A stretch of DNA of 64,000 bases, taken from assembly GCA_010093745.1 (NCBI GenBank), contig MU005992.1:62001-126000 (forward strand), in the 5' to 3' direction. Under the pieces are notes generated by a model that did no database searches, was not told the origin of the DNA, and was given only the letters and a program-made list of their open reading frames with translations. A program made the translations under genes and the position numbers. The DNA comes from Piedraia hortae CBS 480.64. Taxonomy: Eukaryota. Positions 33,685 to 43,548 of this stretch are shown here, in pieces (within the stretch, counting starts at the first letter, position 1; each line of letters opens with the position of its first letter).

Positions 33685-35245
33685 TTACACATGTATGGGC
33701 TTGTCATACGTGGCCATGGCAGCCTCTTTGAACGCCTCGGCCAGCGTTGGGTGGGCATGGGATGTGCGGCCGACGTCCTCAGTGCTCGCACCGTATTCCA
33801 ACGCCAGCGTTCCCTCGGCAATCATCTCACCGGCATTGGGGCCGATGATGTGAACGCCGAGGATGCGGTCTGTGTCGGCATCTGAGAGGAACTTAACTAG
33901 CCCTTCGCTGTCGAGGTTGGTCTTGGCGCGGCTGTTGGCGCTGAAGGGAAATGTGCCAACCTTGTACTTGACGCCGGCCTTTTGTAGGTCGGCCTCGTTC
34001 TGGCCAACCCAGGCGACCTCTGGGTGTGTGTACATGACTGAGGGAATCGCGTTGTAGTTGACGTGTCCGTAGTTCTTTGTGATAAACTCGACCGCCGCCA
34101 CCGCCTCCTCTTCCGCCTTGTGGGCCAGCATGGGACCGAAGGTGCAGTCTCCGATGACGCGAATATGGGGGACCTTGGTGCGGTATTCAGAATCGATGAT
34201 GACGCGACCGCGCTCGTCCATCTCCACTCCAACGGCCTCGAGGTTGAGGCCCGACGTATAGGGCCGGCGGCCGATGGCGGTGAGGATGACGTCGGCGTCC
34301 AATTTTTGCTCCTTGCCGCCCTTGGCAGCCTCAACGTGCAGGCTGACGCCGGAATCGCCGACCTCACCCTTTGAGACCTTGGTGTTGAGCATAAACTTGA
34401 TGCCCTGCTTTGACAGGATCTTCTGGGCGGCCTTGCTGATCTCGGCATCCATGCCGGGCCCTCCAATCTGACCCAGGAACTCGACCACAGTCACCTGCGA
34501 ACCGAGCCGGCTCCACACCGACGCCATCTCAAGCCCAATGATGCCGCCGCCAATGACGAGCATCTTCTTCGGCACCTCTTTCAGGGCAATAGCACCCGTA
34601 GAGGTGATGACGCGTTGCTCGTCGATCTCGAGCCCTGGGAACGGCGTCGCCTCGGAGCCCGTCGCGATGAAGATGTTTTTTGCTGAGACACTCGTCTCGC
34701 CCCCGTCGTTGAGGGCGACCTTGACCGTGTTCTCATTTTCGAAACTTCCGGTGCCTTTGAGGTACTCGACGCCATTCTTCTTGAACAGAAACTCAATGCC
34801 TTTTGTCAGGCTGCCGACCGACGTCTCTTTGGCCTTCATCATCTGGCCGAGGTTGAGCTTGACATCGCCCACTTCAATGCCTCGGTTTTTGGTATCGTGC
34901 AGAATTTGATGGTAGAGATGAGAGTTGTTGAGGAGAGATTTTGATGGGATGCAGCCCACGTTTAGGCAGGTACCACCAAGTGTTCCTCTCTTCTCAATAC
35001 AGGTGACCTAGAATGTCAGCAGAGATTCGGAGTCTTCTGTTTTAGCTGCTTACCTTTAACCCTGCTTGCCCCGCTTTGATAGCCGCAACATATCCAGCAA
35101 CGCCGCCGCCAATGACAAGAAGATCTTTTTGTTCAGATGAAGTCGCGTAGAATCGGTTCGCAAGTGTTCGTGTGGCAGGATATGTGCGAATGGTTTGGAG
35201 AGATGCGAAACGAGCAGATGAACGGGGAATCATCCTGGACGACAT
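33685..35245 (-). CDS. LPD1: Dihydrolipoamide dehydrogenase, intron 35008-35053
   Basis: Presequence, [61 protein letters not shown]. Confidence 0.96.
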
Positions 35246-35768
35246 GCTGTGCGTTGCAGAATCGAAGAGATGCAGCATGTTTTGACTCGGCAGGGCCGGT
35301 CCGGTCCGCATCTTGACATCACTGTGACATCTGTGACAGCCTGACGCTGACAGACGCCAAGGCGCTAACGATCAACGACAACACAAGTAAGCGCTACATT
35401 TGACAGGTTCAATAGCCTTGGAGATCATACTACATGCAATCTACAGCGCTTGGATATCCCCAGACCCAAAAGTAGCCGCCTGGCCAGATACAAAAGTGGA
35501 AGCGCGCGCTAGCTGACTCAAACACCACCCCCCAAAGCTGTGCACGATGAAAACGTCTTGTTCCCGTCATCTCAGTAAGTGTAGCGATGTCCTTGTTTCA
35601 TTGTCTCGTCCATTTTCAATTTTAGCTGCTGCCATTCTTTCTCTTCTTTTTCCATCACTACGGCGTTGATCGCCAGTGTCCCAGCATCACTCGCCCTGGT
35701 GGCAGTGGATAAATGGTTGCCTAGCGTGTTGATATAATTGGACTCAACCACGACAAGTAACGGCAAAA

Positions 35769-36812
35769 ATGGGCCCAGAACTGCCACATACCACGCTGGT
35801 GACGGTTCAAGTCCTTCAGGGGCCATCAACCCGAGTCACGCATGTCTTGACGGCTACCCCGACCTACGAGGTCGTCTCAACTCTTTCACACCAAACTGCA
35901 AGCTCGAAAATTTCAATGTCCACCGGGTCACCCACGCCTGACCGGACTAATCCACCATCGGACAAAAACGGTCGCCAGACGGCCATTGCTGGTGGCGTGG
36001 TTGGTTCCGTAGCCGGGCTGCTACTGTTGACCAGCCTTACCGTATTTTTCATGCGGCGCCGACGACGAGGTCGACATGAGAAATTGCCACGACGAGGGAG
36101 CGAAAAGGGCACAATGGAAGTCGTACGCAAGCAGCCGCGAGACGAGCCACATCGCGCACACCGTGACGAGGTGCCCGACGAGCCACTTAACTCACATCGC
36201 AATGAACCTTGCCCCATACCACGAACCACCAGTGGAGCTGGCTATTCTCCCCCAACCCGATCCTTTGTCACCGTTGACGAGGAACACCACAAAATATTTC
36301 TCAATACGCAACACTGGGAACGACCTTTTGCCCAGGGCCATGGTGAAGGTATCCGAGACTCTTGGGGGCCTGGTCAACTGCGAGTTGTCAATCCCGATCC
36401 CTTATCCCGACCCGCAACGCGACGCATGTCTACAGAAACTCTGGCCAGTTTCCTCCGGAAGCAACGTACCAATATCAATGCAATCATCTTCGCCAGCGGC
36501 AACGCTTCACGGGCTAGCCTGCGCCATGATCCGCATGCCTACGTCCATCGATCATCTACAGCTACACTGGTGCCAGATATGCAAGAAGTCGATATAACAC
36601 CTTCATCGCCGCCGCAAATGACGATCCCTAAACCTGCAATGATAGCGCCAGACCCTCTTCGAGATAAAATCCTGCCACCCTCGCCCACGATAACGCTCAC
36701 TTCTCCGACCATATCAATGAGCTCGCCTCCTTATTCCCGGCGGAGTACGCAGCAGTATTCCACCCCTCTTGACTTGTCCAAATTTAACGTGGAGATGTAT
36801 GAAGGGACTTAG
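35769..36812 (+). CDS. Single-pass membrane protein (Ser/Thr-rich ectodomain, Mid2/Skg6-like TM); 5' end uncertain
   Basis: S/T-rich stretch, AIAGGVVGSVAGLLLLTSLTVFFM followed by RRRRR stop-transfer, disordered tail with GQLRVVNPD. No clear signal-peptide exon could be resolved. Confidence 0.7.
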   Translation: MGPELPHTTLVTVQVLQGPSTRVTHVLTATPTYEVVSTLSHQTASSKISMSTGSPTPDRTNPPSDKNGRQTAIAGGVVGSVAGLLLLTSLTVFFMRRRRRGRHEKLPRRGSEKGTMEVVRKQPRDEPHRAHRDEVPDEPLNSHRNEPCPIPRTTSGAGYSPPTRSFVTVDEEHHKIFLNTQHWERPFAQGHGEGIRDSWGPGQLRVVNPDPLSRPATRRMSTETLASFLRKQRTNINAIIFASGNASRASLRHDPHAYVHRSSTATLVPDMQEVDITPSSPPQMTIPKPAMIAPDPLRDKILPPSPTITLTSPTISMSSPPYSRRSTQQYSTPLDLSKFNVEMYEGT

Positions 36813-36979
36813 ATTTCTTCAGTTGTGATACCCTTTTGTAATCTACTTCTTGAGTGTATTCTACCAAATATTCTCTCGATCGAGGTTTACTTTTACCAGA
36901 ATAGGAAACCGACAGAGTAAAAAAAAAAAGTTGTCAATCATCTACTAACCTTCCACTAAGATCAAAAAAAAAGACACTA

Positions 36980-39040
36980 TCAAAACGCCCTCCCAATCTC
37001 CTGCTGCTCCGCAAATCGGGGCAATGAGGGATCCCTCTCCCCCATCCCCGCCGCGCCGGGCACAAGCGCATCCCTATCGCCATCCTGCTCTTTACTCCTC
37101 CCAAACCGCTCACTATTCCTCTTAAAATACGCCACGGGACTCATTAGCAGCGAATTCCTCGCATCCAGAGCTGTAAGATCATCCGGATCACGAGAATTCA
37201 ACTTCTCCAACTCTTTCCTCTTCTTCCTGTGGGGATTCTCCCTAATCAACCCCACAATCGAATTTACCGCGATGAGAACCGCAAGCACACCCGTGAGTAC
37301 GCATTGCACAACAGTTAGCGCAATCCCCGTAACAGTCTTCGTAGTCTGACTAATCCCCAATTCCTCGACGAAGACAAGGACACACACCACAGAGAGGACG
37401 CGCACAACGTGAATGACGATATTGATCCACCCTGCACTCGGCCGTTGGTAGGGTCTCGAGCAGAGGAGGAGGAGGAGGAACAAACCCTCAATGACGATGA
37501 GCCCAATGCTCTGCACCATCCCGTGGCCGTTTGCAGCCGCGACGACTACACCTCTGGCGAAGGTATATATTATCGCGGGCACGAAAACCCACCAGAACCC
37601 CTTGCGGTAGTTCTCGTAGAAGAGACTGTACTTCACCCATGTTTCTTTGTCTTCGTAGAGAAGGGATGCGTCGCCGTCTCGACGCTGGGCTTCGCGCGCT
37701 ACGAGTGCGATGCGAATTCCGAAGAAGAGTAACACGCCGGTGAAGAGGGCGAGGGAGACGCCTGCAAGGAGTTTCGCAGCCCAGGAATCCCCGTTCGTCC
37801 ATTGGTAGATGCAGTACATTGTCCAGATTCCGTAGAGAAGAAGGATGAGGTTCGTGAGGGCTTTGGCAAGTCGCCACCAGTAGCGCTTTCGCCAGGATTC
37901 CATTGACCGGGGGATGTTGCCGAACATACTCCATGCTTCGAGGATGACTTTTAAAAGGAGGATGGCGACGATGAGGAAGGCAACGAGAATGGCCCAAATC
38001 AGGAGCAGGGTCATGAAGGTGTTGGCTTGGGGGATGCTGAGTTGCTCTGCGTAGGCTTGGATTCCGTGTACGACGTGCTCTTCCTTGCGCATGACAGCGT
38101 TTGCGGTTGTGTTGTGGTGGGGGAAGTCGTCATCGTCGTTGCCGAGTTGGGTCGTGGTGTTGTTTTGACTGATGGTTGTGTCCCGTACGAAGAGGAGGGC
38201 ACGACGGGCTGATGCGGTTGTGACGAGTGTAGCGTTTTTTCTAAGGTATTCGTACGAGTCGTGGGTGAGGTTTCCACCCGTACGGGCTCGAAAATTGTCT
38301 ATTGCGTTTTGCATGGAATCCCAAGGTACAAGGCCCACGGAGAAGCCGAAATTGGCGGTAAAGGCGTGGTAGACTTTTGGATATTGTACGCTCAACATTC
38401 CGTTCATGGCCACGCCCTGGAACCAGCCGAGGACGTCGCCAAACGAGGGAGATGTGCCCGCCGCTCCTCCAGGATGCATCCCCAGAGCCATGGCCGATAC
38501 GGCAGAGGCGGCAAACGCGGCCGCCGCCGTTCCAGCCGCCATGTAAGCCACTGAAGGCATCTTCAACGAACGGCCGTTTCCAACGTCGGACGTGATGCAT
38601 GCAACATGCTCATTTGTACTTGGGTTCCTCAGTTCCAGAGTGACATCCCCATCGAGATCGGGAATGTTGAAGGCAATCGAAGGAATCTGTTTCGCGTATT
38701 CTTCTGGGACAGTCTGCTCGCCCGTTGCAGAGAAAGGAGCGGCTGGAATGGGACACATTTGTACCATATTCGTATGAAAGTCGCAAGGATCAAAGGTTCG
38801 TGAATACGCTTGACGTCCATACGCCGTCACCGTCAACGTCGCCGTGACGTTTTGCTCGACCGAACTGTATCCGGCAACGTTGAAGTCGATGATTCTGGTG
38901 CGTCGGTCATATGTCGCATCCAGCGTAGTGATTGTTATCGTCGGGTTATCCAGACAGGATCTGTATCCCGCCGTACTGAGCGTGTCCTCGGCCGAGGCCA
39001 AAGGAAGGAGTGCTAAAAGGGAAAAGAATAAGAAAGCCAT
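36980..39040 (-). CDS. TRP-like / Flc flavin-carrier family membrane protein
   Basis: Signal peptide, ML-like domain (FDPC...MCP, IPSIAFNIPDLDG, VACITSDVGNG), WFQGVAMNGMLSVQYPKVY..F..NFGFS, ANTFMT, many TM helices. Confidence 0.9.
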   Translation of the reverse strand: MAFLFFSLLALLPLASAEDTLSTAGYRSCLDNPTITITTLDATYDRRTRIIDFNVAGYSSVEQNVTATLTVTAYGRQAYSRTFDPCDFHTNMVQMCPIPAAPFSATGEQTVPEEYAKQIPSIAFNIPDLDGDVTLELRNPSTNEHVACITSDVGNGRSLKMPSVAYMAAGTAAAAFAASAVSAMALGMHPGGAAGTSPSFGDVLGWFQGVAMNGMLSVQYPKVYHAFTANFGFSVGLVPWDSMQNAIDNFRARTGGNLTHDSYEYLRKNATLVTTASARRALLFVRDTTISQNNTTTQLGNDDDDFPHHNTTANAVMRKEEHVVHGIQAYAEQLSIPQANTFMTLLLIWAILVAFLIVAILLLKVILEAWSMFGNIPRSMESWRKRYWWRLAKALTNLILLLYGIWTMYCIYQWTNGDSWAAKLLAGVSLALFTGVLLFFGIRIALVAREAQRRDGDASLLYEDKETWVKYSLFYENYRKGFWWVFVPAIIYTFARGVVVAAANGHGMVQSIGLIVIEGLFLLLLLCSRPYQRPSAGWINIVIHVVRVLSVVCVLVFVEELGISQTTKTVTGIALTVVQCVLTGVLAVLIAVNSIVGLIRENPHRKKRKELEKLNSRDPDDLTALDARNSLLMSPVAYFKRNSERFGRSKEQDGDRDALVPGAAGMGERDPSLPRFAEQQEIGRAF

Positions 39041-39829
39041 TATACTAATTTTTCTTTTTTAATTGTCTAGTTGGAAGACTTCCCCAGCCGTCTCGACATC
39101 GGCCTGGAGGTCAAAAGAGAGGCAAAGAAACAGAGAGCGAGAGAGGGGAGAGAGCGAATATGTTCCAGGAGATCAAAAGTGCGACAGCGGTCGACCAGTG
39201 GATGGTGGCCCCTGTGCCACACTATCCTGGTCGTTCCTGCGTTGCTATTTAGGGAGGTGGCATGGGGGTCTACATGGCTGCTGTATACAATACAGCTGGT
39301 AGAATTTATTTTTTTTTCTTTCATTGGCTGTGCATTCGGACACAACGTTCCTTCCGCCTGCCTTCAGCACTCCATTTGCAGCTTTTCTGTGGTCGCCGTC
39401 AGGGGGTGGAGCCTCGCTAGTTCTTCGGTGAAACACGCCATCAGGAACCCCGACTAACCCGATAGAGCCTATAGTCCGTGCCCTAACCGCGTGGCTAGCG
39501 TAAGTCGGGGCTAACCAATCAATACTTAAGCCGGAGATCCACTTTCGTGTAGTCTAGACGATCCGCCGGGGATTTACGTCGGATGATGCTCATTGGCCAA
39601 CGATAAAGCTTTGGCGAAATTAATGCTTACGTGCAGAGCGGGATTGACAAGGCTGCTGTAGCACACTGGGAGAATGACTACGGACATGTCGACAGCGTAC
39701 GCGGAACGAAGAAACGTTGTGAATGATTTGGTCGTGAATATAGCCCCCTTTGCCACGTGATTCACGTGATCCCACAGTGGACCTGTAAATGCTTCATTTG
39801 GAGCTCTGCTAGCGCTCCGCAAGAACAAG

Positions 39830-40804
39830 ATGCGTCTATGGGCGATCGCGGATATACATGTTTCTTTTAAGAGCAACAGGGATGAGTTTGCGAAGCTGGA
39901 GTCGCGTGGGCCCGGCGATGGTCTCATCCTCGCCGGAGACGTCGGCGAATCGTTAGAAACGATGAACTTTGCGTTCGCCACAGCAAAGTCGAAGTTCAAA
40001 CATGTCTTTTGGGTGCCGGGCAACCACGAGCTCTACAGCAGCAGGGCACATGTCCCCGAAGAGGAAAAGGCGCTGAAGGGCGAGGCAAAATACATGTCCT
40101 GCGTCATGGCCGCCCAGGCCCACGGTGTCTTGACGCCAGAAGACGACTACATGACCTGGGTCTACCAGGATGAGGACGGCAACCAGCTGGCGGCCGTTAT
40201 CTGCCTTGTCTTTACCCTCTACGATTACAGCTTCCGGCCCGAGCATGTCACGCGCGAGGCGGCCCTTAACTGGGCGCTAGAAGAAGGCGTGCGGGCTACC
40301 GACGAGACCCTCCTTTTCCCCGACCCCTATGCGACACGCGACGAATGGTGCGCGCGCCTTGTGCAGCAGAGCGAGACCAAGCTAGCAAAAGCAGCCGCCA
40401 CGGGCCTTCCGCTGGTCATAGTGAACCACTGGCCGCTGCGCCAAGATACAATCTTCATCCCCAAAGTCCCTCGTTTCAGCCTCTGGTGTGGCACCACCAA
40501 AACAGAACGCTGGCATATCGACTACCATGCCAAGGTCGTCGTCACCGGCCACCTGCACGTGAGACGAACCGATTGGATTGATGGCGTAAGATTCGAAGAG
40601 GTCAGTCTCGGCTATCCGAGGCAATGGCAGGAAGCAAAAGACGACGGCCACACCGTGAACACGCTGCTTAGGGAGATACTCCCTGGTCCAAAGACGCCGC
40701 AACGCGGTCAGGAGCCGACAACAACGTGGAGAGGACGGGGGAGAGGCTGGTCTCTCAGTCACGGGCTGGAGCCACCCCAAGGACTTGCAGCTCGTGTAGA
40801 GTAG
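39830..40804 (+). CDS. Calcineurin-like metallophosphoesterase, resembling the actinobacterial PptH/Rv2795c family
   Basis: All five metal motifs: ADIH, AGDV, PGNHE, NHWP, GHLH; family-type motifs LYDYSFRP, ATDE.LL.PDPY.TRDEWC, FSLWCGT, DGVRFEEVSLGYPRQW. Intronless. Confidence 0.85.
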   Translation: MRLWAIADIHVSFKSNRDEFAKLESRGPGDGLILAGDVGESLETMNFAFATAKSKFKHVFWVPGNHELYSSRAHVPEEEKALKGEAKYMSCVMAAQAHGVLTPEDDYMTWVYQDEDGNQLAAVICLVFTLYDYSFRPEHVTREAALNWALEEGVRATDETLLFPDPYATRDEWCARLVQQSETKLAKAAATGLPLVIVNHWPLRQDTIFIPKVPRFSLWCGTTKTERWHIDYHAKVVVTGHLHVRRTDWIDGVRFEEVSLGYPRQWQEAKDDGHTVNTLLREILPGPKTPQRGQEPTTTWRGRGRGWSLSHGLEPPQGLAARVE

Positions 40805-40932
40805 GGGTCATGACAGCTACCAATTTTTTCCCTTTCTAATATGTCACGCGGAACCCTTCCGCCTATTACATTTGATCCCAACCGACATATCAACCACAGC
40901 ACCCGAACAACCGTAGCCCCCAATCGTGCACA

Positions 40933-41805
40933 ATGCCCAACTATGGCACCCTCGTCATGGGGCCCGCGGGAGCCGGCAAAAGCACATTCTGCGCCTCCCT
41001 GATCCAAACCCTCCGCAGCATGAAACGACCAACCTACTATATCAACCTGGACCCCGCAGCGGAGACCTTTGCGTTCGAACCCGACTGGGACATCCGCGAC
41101 CTGATATCCGTCTCCGATGCAATGGAAGAGCTGGGCCTAGGCCCCAACGGCGGACTGATGTACTGCTTTGAATACCTCTCCGAAAACATGTCCTCTCTCC
41201 TCGAATGCATCGATAGCGTGACGCAAGAGTTTCTAATCATAATAGACATGCCGGGCCAGATTGAGCTTTATACCCATGTGCAGATTGTGCCGAATTTTGT
41301 CAAAGAGTTGACGAGGAAGCAGGACGTGCAGTTATGTGCGGTTTATTTGCTGGAGGCAACGTTTGTGCTGGATAAGGCGAAGTTCTTTGCGGGTTCGTTG
41401 GGGGCGATGAGCGCGATGATGCTTATGGGCATTCCGCATCTTAATGTGTTGAGTAAGATGGATCTTTTGAAAGGGAGAATTGGGAAGAGGGAGCTGAAGA
41501 AGTTTGTGCAGAATGATGTTGAGATGCTGGTGGATCTGGATGATGGGGATGGGTTCGAGTTTGAGAATGGGGAGGTTCTTGATGCGAATGAGGGGAAGAA
41601 GACAGAAAAGGGATTTGCGAGGTTGAATACCGCGGTGGCCCGGCTGATTGAGGAAATGGGTCTTGTCTCGTATCTGAAGCTTAATGCTGATGACGAGGAC
41701 AGCGTCAAGGCTATTCTGAGTCACATTGACCATGCCATTCAGTATCAAGAGGCGCAGGAGGTGAGAGAGGAGGAGTTTGGAGAGCTGAATGACGCAGATG
41801 GGTAA
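40933..41805 (+). CDS. GPN3: GPN-loop GTPase 3
   Basis: GPAGAGKSTFC, NLDPAAE, LGPNGGL, DMPGQIELYTH, NVLSKMDL, IDHAIQYQE. Confidence 0.93.
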   Translation: MPNYGTLVMGPAGAGKSTFCASLIQTLRSMKRPTYYINLDPAAETFAFEPDWDIRDLISVSDAMEELGLGPNGGLMYCFEYLSENMSSLLECIDSVTQEFLIIIDMPGQIELYTHVQIVPNFVKELTRKQDVQLCAVYLLEATFVLDKAKFFAGSLGAMSAMMLMGIPHLNVLSKMDLLKGRIGKRELKKFVQNDVEMLVDLDDGDGFEFENGEVLDANEGKKTEKGFARLNTAVARLIEEMGLVSYLKLNADDEDSVKAILSHIDHAIQYQEAQEVREEEFGELNDADG

Positions 41806-41953
41806 CTGGGTGGGAGACAGAAGCAAGGAGGATTGATACCCTACAAAAGAAAACGAAACGTGCCCGACAGGGACCCAACCGCCTATCACAGGCTGTGTCG
41901 AAGGAAGGAGTGATGAGCTGGCCAGACGGAGTACCACGAGGTGAACCAAAAGA

Positions 41954-43548
41954 TTAGAGTACATACACAAACTCGGGGTTCTCCCGGTCTGTCAGATCGA
42001 GATACTCTTGGTTCTCCAGCTTAACGTAATGCGGCTGGGCCCTGAAACGGGCCTTTTTTGCGTTCTGCCATCTCGAGTAGATGTAGATAAAGGCCATGAT
42101 GCACAGACAGAATACCCAACACGCGAGGATCGTAATCGTTGCTGGAACATACTTCGGGGCGTCTTTGGGTCTAAACGTCTGGGGACCGATGATGTTGCCC
42201 ACGCAGTATCCAATCAGGTACATGGCAGCGACGGTCGTTTTCTTCGTGTCTGCCGAACGGGATCAGCAAAATCATCGACGCTCTCCTGGGTCAACTCACA
42301 TCCTGCAACATTGGAGCTGATGAGCGACAGCAAAGCCACAAAGGGCATCGGCGAGGCCTGCGTAAGATAATATCCCGCAAGTCGCCCCTTGTTGTTCTCA
42401 AGCGGCAAGCCTACAATGAGAGACATTCCGATAATGGAAACAACCATCCCAATAGAAGAGACGAGGATCCTATTCCCCGACCGATCCCCGAGATAGCCAC
42501 CGCCTACGAGAGCGACAATCTCAACGGCACCGCCGGGAACACCATACAGCAGGGACTGTTCCGCAGTATAGCCAAAGGAGTGGATGAGCTGTGAAAAGAA
42601 ATTCGTGATGCCTCCGTTAGGAATGTCAGCAACAAGGGCGAAGAGGAAGAAAGACCAGGCTAGGGGATCGGTCAGGGCCTCGCGGAGCTGATACCATTTG
42701 AAGTGTTTGTTGCCCACTCCCTGCTGGTTGATACGGATACGTTCGATGGCGAGAAGTCGCTCTTCTCTTGTTAGCCATCGCGCATTCAACTGCGAGTCTG
42801 GGACAACAAAGAGAAAGACAATGCCCAGAGCAATTGTCAAGAGACCCGTGGCAAGGAAGACAATCTTCCAGCCGGCGATGGCGGCTTCGTGGGCCTTGAC
42901 GCCCATGGCGATGCCGTAGGCGAGAAGACCTCCCAGGATCTGGGCCCAGCCGTTGAAGGAAAACCAGATACCAACGCGCAATCCCTGTTCTTTGATAGTG
43001 TACCACTGGGACGTAATCAGGGCGAATCCCGGCGTGACGGCTGCTTCAGTCACACCGAGCATAACGCGGACGGCCGCAGCGCCGCCGAAGTTGGACACGC
43101 CGGCAAAGCTGCAGAGTACGGCGCCCCATGCAATGATGCAGCAGGCGCTGTATTTGCCAATGGGAAAGCGCTGCAAGAGGCGGTTTGTAGGGTACTCCCA
43201 CGCTATATAGCCAAAGTAGAAAAGTGAGCTGAGCCATTGATAGTTGCTCCCTTTCAGATGGATATCGGTACGCAGACCCATGATGCTGGCGTACGACATG
43301 CTGGTCTTGTCGAGGTAGTTCATGCCGTAAACAATACACATCATGGGCATCAGATGGCGATCGATTTTGCGCAAGAGACGTTTGTTGGTGGCTTCGTCCA
43401 AAAGTATGCTCTCGCCTTGGATCGCTTGGAGCGCTTCATCGCCATCGTGCGAATGTTGGAGGATCTTTTCGGGTACCTCGCCCTCATCGACTTTTGAGGC
43501 TTTCTGCGCAACTTGGTCCCCGTGCTCGTTCAGCTCAGTACTCCCCAT
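41954..43548 (-). CDS. Dal5/allantoate-permease family MFS transporter, intron 42250-42299
   Basis: LLRKIDRHLMP, NYLDK, SQWYTIKEQGLRVGIWFSFNG, RIRINQQGVGNKHFKWYQ, IPNGGITNF, SSNVAG|YTKKT, DLTDRENPEFVY. Confidence 0.93.

Noticed and set aside
32016..33821. Long antisense ORFs (224 and 278 aa) over DED81
   Set aside because: Expected shadows of codon bias; no domain features.
22856..35245. Possible functional cluster of mitochondrial genes (SOD2, QCR6, CRC1, LPD1)
   Set aside because: Interspersed with unrelated housekeeping genes; compatible with chance.
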